Positions 27,922-38,033 of a DNA stretch of 64,000 nucleotides are shown piece by piece. This stretch comes from an uncultured virus (IMG/VR IMGVR_UViG_3300006128_000010) (taxonomy: Duplodnaviria > Heunggongvirae > Uroviricota > Caudoviricetes). The stretch lies in IMG/VR virus record IMGVR_UViG_3300006128_000010; one strand, given 5' to 3'. The notes under the pieces are model-generated. The model was not told the DNA's origin. It saw only the letters and a program-made list of their open reading frames with translations, and ran no database searches. Position 1 is the first letter of the stretch. Each line of letters begins with the position of its first letter. Both the position numbers and the translations under genes were made by a program.

Positions 27922-30216
27922 TTACCACATTACAGACCACTGAATTGTGTTTCCTGTTGCAGGATTTGTCTGTCTATTAATAGTGTAGCCTAGGTTAGTA
28001 AAGTATGCAATAACTGTGTCCATTCTTTCTTGGTATGGTCTTGTATACAGGGTGTTGCTAGGGGTTTGGTTCTTCCAAACTTTATAGTAGTCTCTACTGT
28101 TATCGTACAGAGTTAAAACAGTTGTCCCTGTGCTAGCACCGATTGTAGCTGTAGCAGTTGCCACATTACCGAAATTACCAGTTGGCGTTGCAACTGTAAC
28201 ATTTGGTATATTAACATATCCTGATCCGGCATCAGTAACCACTATATTATTCACACCATATCCCAGAGTTGTAGCTGTTGCTGGTTGAATTATGGAAGCA
28301 GGATTAAGTTCTTGAGGGTTTGGTATTATTTGAATTTCTGGTATCGATGTGTAGTATGTTCCTGGTTCAACAACATCTATTCTGTCAATACCAGTTGGTT
28401 TAAAATAAACAATTGTACTGACTGATCCAGAATCTACTATTATATTCGGCGGAGATGTGTAATTTTCTCCAGCATTGGTAACAGTAATTGATGTTACATA
28501 ACCATTGCTTATAGTAGCGTTAGCTGTTGCACCACTTCCGCTAGTTATTGATACATTGGGAACCGCAGTATATCCACTACCAGCCGAAAATACCTTTATG
28601 TGATCAACTATACTGTATGTAGCAGTATCTAAAACTGCTTTAGCAACTGCACCAGTTCCATTATTGTCACTTGGGGCAATAATCACTGTTGGTGGGTATG
28701 TATAATTTGATCCGCTCGCCGAAATATTAATCTGTCCGAGACCAATTGCGAGATTAAATGTAGCCGAATTACCCGTGCCGCCTAATACACTATTATTATT
28801 TAGAATAGGCAATACATCATAAAGTCCGCTTGTTATTAAATTATAACTAGAAATTTCTCCAAAATTACCAACAGTTGTAACCTGTATAGATGCACCAGAA
28901 GTGCCACTGCCACCGGCTACCAATAGTACGTCACCCACGCTGTATCCACCACCACTACTGGACAACATTGCGCTGACAATTGACATATATATTGCGGAAA
29001 TTGTTGCACCACTGCCGGCTGCTTCTACGGTTACATTTGGGGGATTTGTATAGGTATTAGTACTACTGAGAACTGTGATATTACCTATCCTAGTCGGTTG
29101 TATAACTGCTTTAGCTGATAGTCCATATCCTGACCATAATGCAATGCTTGCATTGATATTTGTATATCCACTACCAGTAGAAGTTACAGTAAATCCAATT
29201 ACTGCTCCCCCGCTTACTATTGCTGTTGCTGTTGCATTAACCGCAGCACCCCCACCCGATATTAACACTACCGGTGGTGCATCATATCCAACTGTGCCGA
29301 CTGATGTTACAGAAATTGAACCAATTCCCATAACCAAATTTAAAGTACAGCCTGTGCCTCCCCCTGGCAAAACAGTTGTTGAAACACTGCTCAGGGTTGG
29401 TAAACTTGTTGTATACGCACCAGGGTTACTAAGATTTATACCAGTTACAACACCTCCAGCTGATACACTAGAAACTGTTACTGTTGCAGCAGTATGTGTA
29501 CCCGTACCACCTACGACACTCAGTACATCACCTAATCTATAGTTAGTTCCGCCACTTGATACACTTACATTAATTACAATAAAAGTAATAGCATGTCCTG
29601 TAACTCCGGTGCCCTGAGAAGTTGGTTGTACTTCTGGAACACGAGTATATCCGCTGCCGTAGCTTAGAACAGATATGCTATCGACATCTCCCCATGGCAT
29701 TAGATTGGCAACTGCGGTTGCTGTACTACCAGTTGGGCTAGAATTAATTGTTACTGAAGGTGTTGACACATAACCATTACCAGAATTTGTAACATTGATG
29801 TTTGTGACACCGACACCAAAATCAATACTCATCGGTATTGAATTAACAGCATCTGCATATGATCCGGCTAATTTAATGTGATCAGCATCTATGTAGATAA
29901 CTGAATAAAATGTTGTAGAGTTTAACGGTGACGGTAAAGTAGTATTGCTACTTACAGTAACGATATCACCTGTTTTAAATGAGTGAGCAGGTACATACAT
30001 TTGATTAGTGTTTAAATCAACTGAATTTACGGTAGCGGTTACTGCACCATTTCCAGTCATCGGTGACCCACTTGTCAAGGTTGCTTCAAACAATCCGTTT
30101 TTAACAGCTTCTAATATAGCTGATTCAATAGCACGAGCTTCGTCATGTACTACTGATTCTCTGATTGGATTTTGTCTAGCATCTGTAGCTGTTATCATTA
30201 TACTTGAACTGGCCAT
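27922..30216 (-). CDS. virion structural protein with G(S/T)GYT..P.V repeats
   Basis: many GSGY-type beta repeats, G/S/T-rich. Confidence 0.8.
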   Translation of the reverse strand: MASSSIMITATDARQNPIRESVVHDEARAIESAILEAVKNGLFEATLTSGSPMTGNGAVTATVNSVDLNTNQMYVPAHSFKTGDIVTVSSNTTLPSPLNSTTFYSVIYIDADHIKLAGSYADAVNSIPMSIDFGVGVTNINVTNSGNGYVSTPSVTINSSPTGSTATAVANLMPWGDVDSISVLSYGSGYTRVPEVQPTSQGTGVTGHAITFIVINVSVSSGGTNYRLGDVLSVVGGTGTHTAATVTVSSVSAGGVVTGINLSNPGAYTTSLPTLSSVSTTVLPGGGTGCTLNLVMGIGSISVTSVGTVGYDAPPVVLISGGGAAVNATATAIVSGGAVIGFTVTSTGSGYTNINASIALWSGYGLSAKAVIQPTRIGNITVLSSTNTYTNPPNVTVEAAGSGATISAIYMSIVSAMLSSSGGGYSVGDVLLVAGGSGTSGASIQVTTVGNFGEISSYNLITSGLYDVLPILNNNSVLGGTGNSATFNLAIGLGQINISASGSNYTYPPTVIIAPSDNNGTGAVAKAVLDTATYSIVDHIKVFSAGSGYTAVPNVSITSGSGATANATISNGYVTSITVTNAGENYTSPPNIIVDSGSVSTIVYFKPTGIDRIDVVEPGTYYTSIPEIQIIPNPQELNPASIIQPATATTLGYGVNNIVVTDAGSGYVNIPNVTVATPTGNFGNVATATATIGASTGTTVLTLYDNSRDYYKVWKNQTPSNTLYTRPYQERMDTVIAYFTNLGYTINRQTNPATGNTIQWSVMW

Positions 30217-30551
30217 TACTCACCTGCTGCTTTCTTAATGGTCTTTTTGGCCATATCTTTCACCTTGTCTTTGCTTTTTTCAGCTTCATCTTTACCAAGT
30301 GCGTCTTCTGGGTTCTCACCCTGGAGATATATGGTATCGCCGCTTATGCGTTTGATTGCGGGTGTAGTTTTAATAATATCTATTATTAATCTGCGATCTA
30401 CATCAAAATTCTGCCTATGCAGTGTTTTTAACACTACATCTAACGGAATCTCTGTTTTATTGTTAGCTAGGTACACCGCAACAAGGTCTAAAATAGCATT
30501 TTTAGCTTCTTCCGGTGTACCAGGTAATGCAGCAATTTCACTATAGCGCAT
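30216..30551 (-). CDS. conserved hypothetical, late cluster
   Basis: coupled ORF, MRYSEI start. Confidence 0.7.
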   Translation of the reverse strand: MRYSEIAALPGTPEEAKNAILDLVAVYLANNKTEIPLDVVLKTLHRQNFDVDRRLIIDIIKTTPAIKRISGDTIYLQGENPEDALGKDEAEKSKDKVKDMAKKTIKKAAGE

Positions 30552-30552
30552 A

Positions 30553-33500
30553 TTATCCCTTCTTTGCAGTTAAAGATCCTATACGCTTATCAAAGTCACT
30601 TGGATTAACCAATTTGTGTTCAATTAATGAGTCACGGTTAAGATCTATCCAATATTTTCTTAAATCGTCTGATTCAAAAAATCTCTGATTCTTCTTACCG
30701 GCAGTGTCTTTCCAAAGTATACCATATGGTGCACGAGCCTTTGACTCAGCTAGCTTCGCAGCAAGTTCACTGTTCTGTTCTGCAACAAACAACTCCTGCA
30801 TACCTGCTTTAACTTCTGTGCGGATCATTTCCTTTAACTTGGCAATCATGCTGTCAGTGTCACTGATTTGATCAAGCAATGTTTGACCTTCTAACCCATA
30901 ACCAGCCTTTAGCGGATCAGCAGCAGTGCCTTCGCTAACCATACGAGCATATTTTGCCTTGTGAGCATCAAATGCCTTAACAAGTGTTTTACGCTTGTCT
31001 TGTACTGATTCCAGCATTGCTTCAGCTTTCACGTAGCTTTCGCTTTTCGGACCAAACTTCTTCCATGCTGTGGCATAAAGAACTTCTTCCCAACGCTTAC
31101 CATAACGATCCTTAAAACTTGCCTTGTTCTTCCTGATAAAGTCCTCAGCCTTCTTGCCTGGAGGTGCTACTTCGTTGATCTTGGACTCTTTAATAGGCGA
31201 ATTATTAACATATACATTGCTTACACCAATTCTATCCCAATGAATAGTCTTCTTGAGCTTTTCGATACCCTTTTTCTTAGCTTCTTCCTTGGTAGCTGCT
31301 TTAATTTTGTATTCTACTTTATCATGAGCAGTAGGACCATATTCGCCCCAAACTCTCCAAGTCTTTGGCTCATCTGTAGCTTCCTTCATGGTCATAGCAG
31401 CCTTGGTCATGCCTGCAATACGCTTGTCTGCTGTTTTACGAGCATCTTCAGCCTTCTTACCAGCTTTAGGAGTCATGTCCTTCTTCCAACCAGCTTTCTT
31501 AAGGCCTGGAAGCTTTTCAGCAGCAGCATCAATATAGTTCTGCTTCATTTTATTGCCTTCGTCGACCTTCTTAGCATCAGCTTTTTTCTTGTCAGCAGCA
31601 GCCTTTTTTATAGGCTCTTTTGTATCCTTATCCCCGTCGATATCTGGAAAGTCTGGCTTTGCAGTTTCGCTAACTTTCTTAACAGGCTTTAGATCAGTAC
31701 GTGGATCAAAGGCACTCTTAACGTCTTTAGCACGGCTTTTAGGTGGAACAACTTCCTTTTTCTTAGCCTTGTTTACTTCTTTGTCTTTGCCTTCTGCAAC
31801 TTTACCCCAACCTGACTTGGCACGTAGAGCAAAATTGATCTGCTTTACTTCTTTTTGCTCAGCAGCAGTACGGGACTCTTTGTCCATTAACTTCTTTTTC
31901 TTAGCCTTTAGCTCAGCTACTGTATAGCCTTCCCACTTGCCTTTGTCTTTTTCAGCAGTCTTCATCTTGGCATCCCAAGCTTCATCTACCTTGTCAACAC
32001 CAGTTTTACCGTCATGGAATTTAGAATAAACAGTGCTATCCTTTCCGTGTCCGTGTCTGTAAGCCATTGACTTTAACTGTTCAACTGACTTACCTGAAAA
32101 ATATTCTTTTTTTTCGGCGTTGCTCATATTATCAATTTTTTGTTTATGCTTGATAACACTAGCTGGCATACGACCCTCTGCAAGATCAGCTGGTTCCTCG
32201 TCTTTCTTAGCACGACCTAATGGCTCTTCTTCGTCACCAGCCGCAGCAGGTGTTGCACCAAAATCGTCACCCATATCCTCTTCGTCACCTGCCGGAGCAG
32301 CAAGATCAGCAGTAGCTAAGTCACTAGCAACACCCGGGACTTGTCCCTGTTGCATAGAAAGTATAGCGTTGTCAGCGGTATCTTTAGCATCAGTAATGCT
32401 AGCAAGAGCTGCATCAATCACTGCCTTAACAGTTTCGTTGAAGCCGTTAGCAGCTTCTTGACCAAACTGTTCCTTCATGGTATCAACTAGTGGCATAAGG
32501 TCGTCAACACCCATCTTAGCAAGCTTCTCGGCAATACCCTGTAGGTCGTCACTCATACTCTTAGCAGCAAGCAATGTTTCAGCTTGTGCTAGATCCTGTT
32601 CTTCGTTGAGCATCATGGTCATTAGTAAGTTACCAATAGTAACCATTTTTCCTTCCTTGATTGCTTTCTTTTTGCCTTCTGCAACAGGTTCAGCTGGCAT
32701 TTCAGGCATTTCGCCCATCATGTCACCCGCATGTTTTTCGAACTGTACGTAGTCTAAGTGATGCTTGCTACTGCTGACTGCTTCGCTAGCAACTGTCAGC
32801 TTCATAGCAACCCAACCTTCTAGTTTATCACCAGGATGGATCATGCGGAATAGTTTGGTACTGTATTCCATGATCATCATTAGGTTTTGGCGTGCAATAC
32901 TGCCATCATCACCTGGGATCATGTCAGCTTCTTCGTCAACTGTTACAGGACCTGCTGCAAGATCTGAGGAAGGTTCTGGCTTTTCAAATGTGATATGATA
33001 GTCCATGTAATGAAATACTTTATCAAGTATTTCGGCTGCTTTGGTTAGGTTTGTAGCAATCCATGGCACAACACTGTCATCTGGACCAATCATTTTCATC
33101 ATGTCCATAGCATACTTGGTGTTGCGATATAATTCGCTACGTGCCATGCTTGCTTGATAATCATCGTGATTTTCCATGTGAGCTGATTCCTTTAAACTTT
33201 TCTTAGCAGCTTTGATATCATCACATACTTTATCATATTGCTTGTGTAACGGATCTGTTTTTGACATTTTTCCGCCATCTTTAACAATTTTGTCCATTTT
33301 ATCTTCTAGCTCTGCTTTTTTCTTTTTTAGAGCTTCAAGATCTGGCTTCTTAGCTTCCATCATAGACTCCTTGTTATATGATTTATCTTTGGTCTTGGCA
33401 ATAGCATCTTCTCTGCTCATACCACTTTTCATCATACGAGCAATCATAACGTCAGCAAAGTCATTATCACCATCATGGTCTTGATCAGTTGCTTCGTCGA

Positions 33501-34233
33501 TACCATACTTCTTGTAAAGCATGCCTAGTTCGTCGTCTTCGGCAACTGGCTGAAAGCCTTGTTTCTGCTTATTAGCAAGATCCTTAGCATCGATAACTTC
33601 TTCTTGATTCGAACCATCTTTTTTAACTTTTAGCATACCTGGTTGTAGTTTTACTTCTTGACCGGGAACTGTTTCTGCTACTTTCTGCGCCGACATTCTA
33701 CGACGTGCAACTTCAATAACTTTCTTGTCAATGTCAGTAAGTGTAGTTGGTCCAAATGGTGTACCAACCTGTGTTAGTTTATCACCAACCTGACTAATTG
33801 CATTAAGAATACGTAGTTCTTTGTCGTCTGTGCTACGAGCATTCTGTGCGTAGTCCATCATCTTACGACCAAAGTTAGCTAGTTTTACCATATTGTCGGG
33901 ATCTAGTCCTTCTTTAACAGCCTTTTTCTTCTTGCTCATACGTTTTGGGGCAATTTCAGCTAGGTAAATCTTAACAGCTTCCATGATCAACATGTTCTTG
34001 GTGTATTCTGGATTCTGCATGGCTGTGTTAAATGCACCCTCATGTACAATGCTGTTCTTAATAATTTCACAGCTTTCGCCTAAGGTCCTGATTTCATCTT
34101 CACTACTAGAATCAAAATCTAATTTAACACCATGTACACTTTCTAAAGTATGCATAATTTGCTGTAATCTATACTCTTTGCTGTTTTCGAATTCATTGAC
34201 TATCATGATAACCTTCCCCGGCTCTGCGGCCAT
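30553..34233 (-). CDS. large K/E-rich prohead core or scaffold-like protein
   Basis: 1226 aa; repeated (I/L/V/M)xE(G/A/S/T) sites; ATAAATA upstream. Confidence 0.6.
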   Translation of the reverse strand: MAAEPGKVIMIVNEFENSKEYRLQQIMHTLESVHGVKLDFDSSSEDEIRTLGESCEIIKNSIVHEGAFNTAMQNPEYTKNMLIMEAVKIYLAEIAPKRMSKKKKAVKEGLDPDNMVKLANFGRKMMDYAQNARSTDDKELRILNAISQVGDKLTQVGTPFGPTTLTDIDKKVIEVARRRMSAQKVAETVPGQEVKLQPGMLKVKKDGSNQEEVIDAKDLANKQKQGFQPVAEDDELGMLYKKYGIDEATDQDHDGDNDFADVMIARMMKSGMSREDAIAKTKDKSYNKESMMEAKKPDLEALKKKKAELEDKMDKIVKDGGKMSKTDPLHKQYDKVCDDIKAAKKSLKESAHMENHDDYQASMARSELYRNTKYAMDMMKMIGPDDSVVPWIATNLTKAAEILDKVFHYMDYHITFEKPEPSSDLAAGPVTVDEEADMIPGDDGSIARQNLMMIMEYSTKLFRMIHPGDKLEGWVAMKLTVASEAVSSSKHHLDYVQFEKHAGDMMGEMPEMPAEPVAEGKKKAIKEGKMVTIGNLLMTMMLNEEQDLAQAETLLAAKSMSDDLQGIAEKLAKMGVDDLMPLVDTMKEQFGQEAANGFNETVKAVIDAALASITDAKDTADNAILSMQQGQVPGVASDLATADLAAPAGDEEDMGDDFGATPAAAGDEEEPLGRAKKDEEPADLAEGRMPASVIKHKQKIDNMSNAEKKEYFSGKSVEQLKSMAYRHGHGKDSTVYSKFHDGKTGVDKVDEAWDAKMKTAEKDKGKWEGYTVAELKAKKKKLMDKESRTAAEQKEVKQINFALRAKSGWGKVAEGKDKEVNKAKKKEVVPPKSRAKDVKSAFDPRTDLKPVKKVSETAKPDFPDIDGDKDTKEPIKKAAADKKKADAKKVDEGNKMKQNYIDAAAEKLPGLKKAGWKKDMTPKAGKKAEDARKTADKRIAGMTKAAMTMKEATDEPKTWRVWGEYGPTAHDKVEYKIKAATKEEAKKKGIEKLKKTIHWDRIGVSNVYVNNSPIKESKINEVAPPGKKAEDFIRKNKASFKDRYGKRWEEVLYATAWKKFGPKSESYVKAEAMLESVQDKRKTLVKAFDAHKAKYARMVSEGTAADPLKAGYGLEGQTLLDQISDTDSMIAKLKEMIRTEVKAGMQELFVAEQNSELAAKLAESKARAPYGILWKDTAGKKNQRFFESDDLRKYWIDLNRDSLIEHKLVNPSDFDKRIGSLTAKKG

Positions 34234-34310
34234 GACAATATATTGCTGCTGGTATTTATTTATCGAATACCGTTAGGAAAATTATCTATTTGGATAATTG
34301 ATATATTGTA

Positions 34311-34967
34311 TTATACGTCAGATCGGAAGTTTTTGATCTGTCTCTTAGCTACCATGGCACGATCAATACTTGCCTGCTGTCTTGATTCATAGATACCATG
34401 TTTAGTAAAGTCACCTTTACGTTCAGCAACAATCATAGCTCTTTTATATCTAACAGCGTCCTGTTTATGACTAGTATAGGTTTGATCATGTTCAAATAAT
34501 GATCTAACATCTGAACTATTAGCATATCTACCATTATTTAATAATTTAACAACAGATAATGCTGTTTCATAAAGACTTAGATCATCCGCTATAATGTCAT
34601 TTGTTCTTGTATTGTAAATGCTGTAATACTGCTTGCCTGCTAGACGTTTAGGATCTTCTTTGATCATAATTTGGTATTTTCCAACTTTAACACCGTCATC
34701 GTTCCTACTTGTATTTAACGCTAAATCAACTACTGGGCTATGTTCTGCTTCAGTGATCATCTCACCAACAACTTGATTACTAACACTATTCAATTTGGTA
34801 AGCACGTCGGCCATAGCACTGATATCAGCATTAGTAACTTGACCAGGACCTGCTAGTTCAACTGCATTACTAGCATTTGAATTAGTGGTGGGCTTAACTG
34901 AAGCTTCTCCGTTAAGAGTTCTCAGTATATTAGCCATTGCATCGCGTTCTTCGGGTGATACAGTCAT
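34311..34967 (-). CDS. hypothetical protein
   Basis: 218-aa ORF in operon. Confidence 0.75.
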   Translation of the reverse strand: MTVSPEERDAMANILRTLNGEASVKPTTNSNASNAVELAGPGQVTNADISAMADVLTKLNSVSNQVVGEMITEAEHSPVVDLALNTSRNDDGVKVGKYQIMIKEDPKRLAGKQYYSIYNTRTNDIIADDLSLYETALSVVKLLNNGRYANSSDVRSLFEHDQTYTSHKQDAVRYKRAMIVAERKGDFTKHGIYESRQQASIDRAMVAKRQIKNFRSDV

Positions 34968-34969
34968 AA

Positions 34970-35200
34970 TTAATTACTCCAGATATCCTCTAATTCATTA
35001 TAGACAAGGCATTGATCGCCGTCAACTTTAATTCTGGACAACACCCCTCGGTGCACCAATTGACGTGCAACTTCGCCTTCTCGTTCATTTAGTGTTTTTG
35101 AAATGAGAGGTTCGATTGAACCTTTCACTTTTTCTATCAGTAATACTTCCTCGTTGCTTACAGGAACCAGAGTATTACCTCTTATCTCCATAAATCTCAT
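34970..35200 (-). CDS. hypothetical protein, possible winged helix
   Basis: LNERE..VARQLV.RGVL pattern. Confidence 0.65.
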   Translation of the reverse strand: MRFMEIRGNTLVPVSNEEVLLIEKVKGSIEPLISKTLNEREGEVARQLVHRGVLSRIKVDGDQCLVYNELEDIWSN

Positions 35201-36201
35201 TCAGGCGTCCCCGGTGCAGTTGATGGCTTGGTCATTGCTGTAGCAGTCTTGATAAGTTCTGCACCAATACCCGGAACCATTTTCATGTGATTCATAATTT
35301 CTGGTGGTAAATCAGTGGGCAACTCACCGATTATGCTCTGTAATCCTGCTAGTACTTGTCCAACTGTAGCAACTTTAGCAGCATTTGGATTATTTTTATA
35401 AGCAGGGTTGTTGGTATTAGCTGTAAGCAATTGGTTAAACATTGTACCTGCACCAGCAGCTTCCTCAACCGTTTCTCCTGTAACTACTTCTTCCTCAGCA
35501 GTATCAACATCTTCTACAACTGCTCCGCTGTGTTCTAGTCCAGCTAATTGCATGATTCTGTTCAGGGGTCCTAGTGGCTTCATTCCGCCCATAACTCCCA
35601 TACTTTCATCTAGCTTTGAAAGGCTACCACGCTTTACCATTTTAAGATGTCCTTCTAACATAATACCAGCTGTACCATTTGGTCCAACAGGAATACGCAC
35701 TTCTACTTCTTGTCCTTCATAAACGGCTGTATCACCTTTGGAGAAATCACTTGTGTCAGCTGCGTTCATTAATTCTGTTTTGCTCAATTGGTGTTTTGCA
35801 CGACGACTCCAGCGATCGTCGGTGGTGTTGTAGAAACCTTCAGTTTCTTCTAGATCTACTTCTGTGGTTATTTTTAGTTTTCTCATTGCATCCACCTCAT
35901 TTACTGCAAATAATTTGGGATCTCGGTTGCCTTCTTTATATAAACGATTCACTATCTTTGCGATATCGTATATAGGCTTTCCCCCGATGTGTGCTTTTAT
36001 AGCCCATTTAACTAATTCTGGTACTGAGTTATCTATTGATGTGTTATAATGTACTTTCACCAAGTTGTCTGAATGAGGTGCTTTCACAGTTGCTATATTC
36101 TGACCGGATAGATCTAATGTCCAATCACCTATCTTTAGCATGTTGTCTTTTAATTCAACTGATTCAGTTAATTCATTAAAATATTCTGTGAGCTTCTTCA
36201 T
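35197..36201 (-). CDS. putative internal head protein
   Basis: MKKLTEYFNELTE start, RIMQLAGL motif. Confidence 0.6.
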   Translation of the reverse strand: MKKLTEYFNELTESVELKDNMLKIGDWTLDLSGQNIATVKAPHSDNLVKVHYNTSIDNSVPELVKWAIKAHIGGKPIYDIAKIVNRLYKEGNRDPKLFAVNEVDAMRKLKITTEVDLEETEGFYNTTDDRWSRRAKHQLSKTELMNAADTSDFSKGDTAVYEGQEVEVRIPVGPNGTAGIMLEGHLKMVKRGSLSKLDESMGVMGGMKPLGPLNRIMQLAGLEHSGAVVEDVDTAEEEVVTGETVEEAAGAGTMFNQLLTANTNNPAYKNNPNAAKVATVGQVLAGLQSIIGELPTDLPPEIMNHMKMVPGIGAELIKTATAMTKPSTAPGTPE

Positions 36202-36404
36202 TTTCTTTCCTTAGAAATAGGAAATAATGGTTTTTCTTGTTTCGTGGCGAATTTTAGTGGAGCAGTTATTACACGACGAACCTTTTTTAGCTTTCCATCT
36301 TTACGTACAAACACCCATTTTACATTTTCAAATTTGTCAAAAACCTGATCTAATAACATTGATTTTATCCTACTAAGTAGAATATTTATCTTATAAAACA
36401 ACAA
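36198..36404 (-). CDS. small basic hypothetical protein
   Basis: likely start MLLDQVF after ATAAATA box. Confidence 0.5.
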   Translation of the reverse strand: MLFYKINILLSRIKSMLLDQVFDKFENVKWVFVRKDGKLKKVRRVITAPLKFATKQEKPLFPISKERK

Positions 36405-36427
36405 AAGGCGCCATTGGCGCCTTTTGT
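36401..36427. terminator. intrinsic terminator
   Basis: ACAAAAGGCGCCA-T-TGGCGCCTTTTGT perfect inverted repeat. Confidence 0.8.
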
Positions 36428-36447
36428 GTAGAATATCTCGTTAGATA

Positions 36448-36990
36448 TTATAGGAATGTCTGACGTGAAATACTGCTGATTGTGAACGCTACAGTTGGAT
36501 GACCAGTTACAACATCGTCACTTGCCTGCCAAAATAGAGCTTCTGCAATAGCATCTTCTAACATATAACCAGTGTAGTTAGTGTCTGTAGCTGCATTACC
36601 GTAGTTACCAACACCATCGTTTACGAACCATAAGCCAGTTTTTTCAGTTGCAAAATTAATTGCACCTGATGATGGAATGCTAACGATAACTGGGTTAGCA
36701 CGTTGCGAAAATACGTTAACAAGAATGTTTACGTTCTGTTGCTTTTTCCATGCTGTGATATAATCAGCTTTTGTGCTGTATGTATGTGATGTACCGTGAC
36801 CATCAACAACAGTTACTGGTGACCAAACAGTTGAGCTGATCTGATAAAGATCTTCAACTCTTGTTTCAACGTTTGTCTGATCAAATAAGTTACTTGTTGT
36901 GATAGTGAAGAAGTCCATTTTACCGCTGAGGAATTCACCACCAGCGACTCCGCCGTTTACTTTGTTATTAACGCCTGTATTATAAGACAT
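36448..36990 (-). CDS. probable virion/capsid decoration protein
   Basis: own late box, SD and terminator; structural amino-acid composition. Confidence 0.55.
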   Translation of the reverse strand: MSYNTGVNNKVNGGVAGGEFLSGKMDFFTITTSNLFDQTNVETRVEDLYQISSTVWSPVTVVDGHGTSHTYSTKADYITAWKKQQNVNILVNVFSQRANPVIVSIPSSGAINFATEKTGLWFVNDGVGNYGNAATDTNYTGYMLEDAIAEALFWQASDDVVTGHPTVAFTISSISRQTFL

Positions 36991-37052
36991 GTTTTATCTC
37001 CTATTAAAGATGCAAACTTGTTTTGCGTAACTATTTATGCTGTTGACCAAAA

Positions 37053-37262
37053 TTACTTCTGCTTACGGTTCTTCTTTTTGGTCTTTGGTTTAGATTCTGG
37101 AACATACCCAAACAAGTTAGGTTCTGTTGGCATTCGTCTGATCATTCCGCCTACAGAATTAGGAACACTTGCAATTGAACCTGCGGACGATGATCCGCTG
37201 GTTGCAGATTCTAATATACGAAGTAACTTATCGTCCTTTTTTATAAATTCAGTTAAACGCAT
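37053..37262 (-). CDS. small head-associated protein
   Basis: MRLTEFIK...ILESATSGSSSAGSIASV. Confidence 0.65.
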   Translation of the reverse strand: MRLTEFIKKDDKLLRILESATSGSSSAGSIASVPNSVGGMIRRMPTEPNLFGYVPESKPKTKKKNRKQK

Positions 37263-37302
37263 GATTACTCCTAATATGATGTCACTACTAATCTATATAT
37301 TA

Positions 37303-37548
37303 TTATTTCTGATTTCTTAATTCTTTTATTTTTCTCATGAACTTACGTTCATCTTCGGTCATTATGCTACGATACAATCGCTTGATCAAATCGTTTGCTT
37401 CTTCCTCAGAATAACTCTCTCTTATAAGCTGAGATAGATTTGCAGCACTGGCTATTATATGTGCTGCTCTACTTTCTATAACTGTGTGTTTGCTCTTAGC
37501 CGGTACACATTTATCAAGCTCATCTAAAAAACTTTTAATTTTACTCAC
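37303..37548 (-). CDS. conserved hypothetical phage protein
   Basis: 81-aa ORF, GTG start, CTAAATA upstream. Confidence 0.7.
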   Translation of the reverse strand: MSKIKSFLDELDKCVPAKSKHTVIESRAAHIIASAANLSQLIRESYSEEEANDLIKRLYRSIMTEDERKFMRKIKELRNQK

Positions 37549-37634
37549 GTCAGAATTCCTATGCCTCTCTAAATATTTAGTATCAAACTACAATCTAATA
37601 AATAATACTTAAATTAGCAATAAAAGGAATAATT

Positions 37635-38033
37635 ATGTCTGAGTCGTTTTTAGCTGAACATTTTAGAAACTTACTTGATAAATTAAACATATTAACAGAA
37701 ACTGATACTAATGAAAATAATGATGAAACTCCAGAAGTTCACGATGTAGATGGTCTATTGAAAACAGATATCCCGTCAGGCATTAACAAGGAATCTGTTA
37801 AAGAAGTTAATGACCTAGTTGACTATCTAGATCAGTTCCCAGAATTAAAAAAATGGAGAAATGAAAATGCGTTATACGATGATGCTTGTTATGAAAATAT
37901 TCCATTAGATAGCTTAGAAAATATATCTGGATTAACTTTAGAAGATTTGAAAAGAATAGAAGACGGTACCCTACCGTATGAAGGAGCAATAGTTATACAT
38001 AACGGAGTTTTCAGTCTTTTTGGCGGGGACTAA
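37635..38033 (+). CDS. acidic hypothetical, putative internal head protein
   Basis: ATAAATA and AAGGA SD; FRNLLDKLNILTE start. Confidence 0.6.
   Translation: MSESFLAEHFRNLLDKLNILTETDTNENNDETPEVHDVDGLLKTDIPSGINKESVKEVNDLVDYLDQFPELKKWRNENALYDDACYENIPLDSLENISGLTLEDLKRIEDGTLPYEGAIVIHNGVFSLFGGD

Noticed and set aside
31240..33484. Plus-strand ORFs of 60-150 aa here and similar antisense ORFs elsewhere
   Set aside because: Shadows of minus-strand genes with no SD or recognisable motifs
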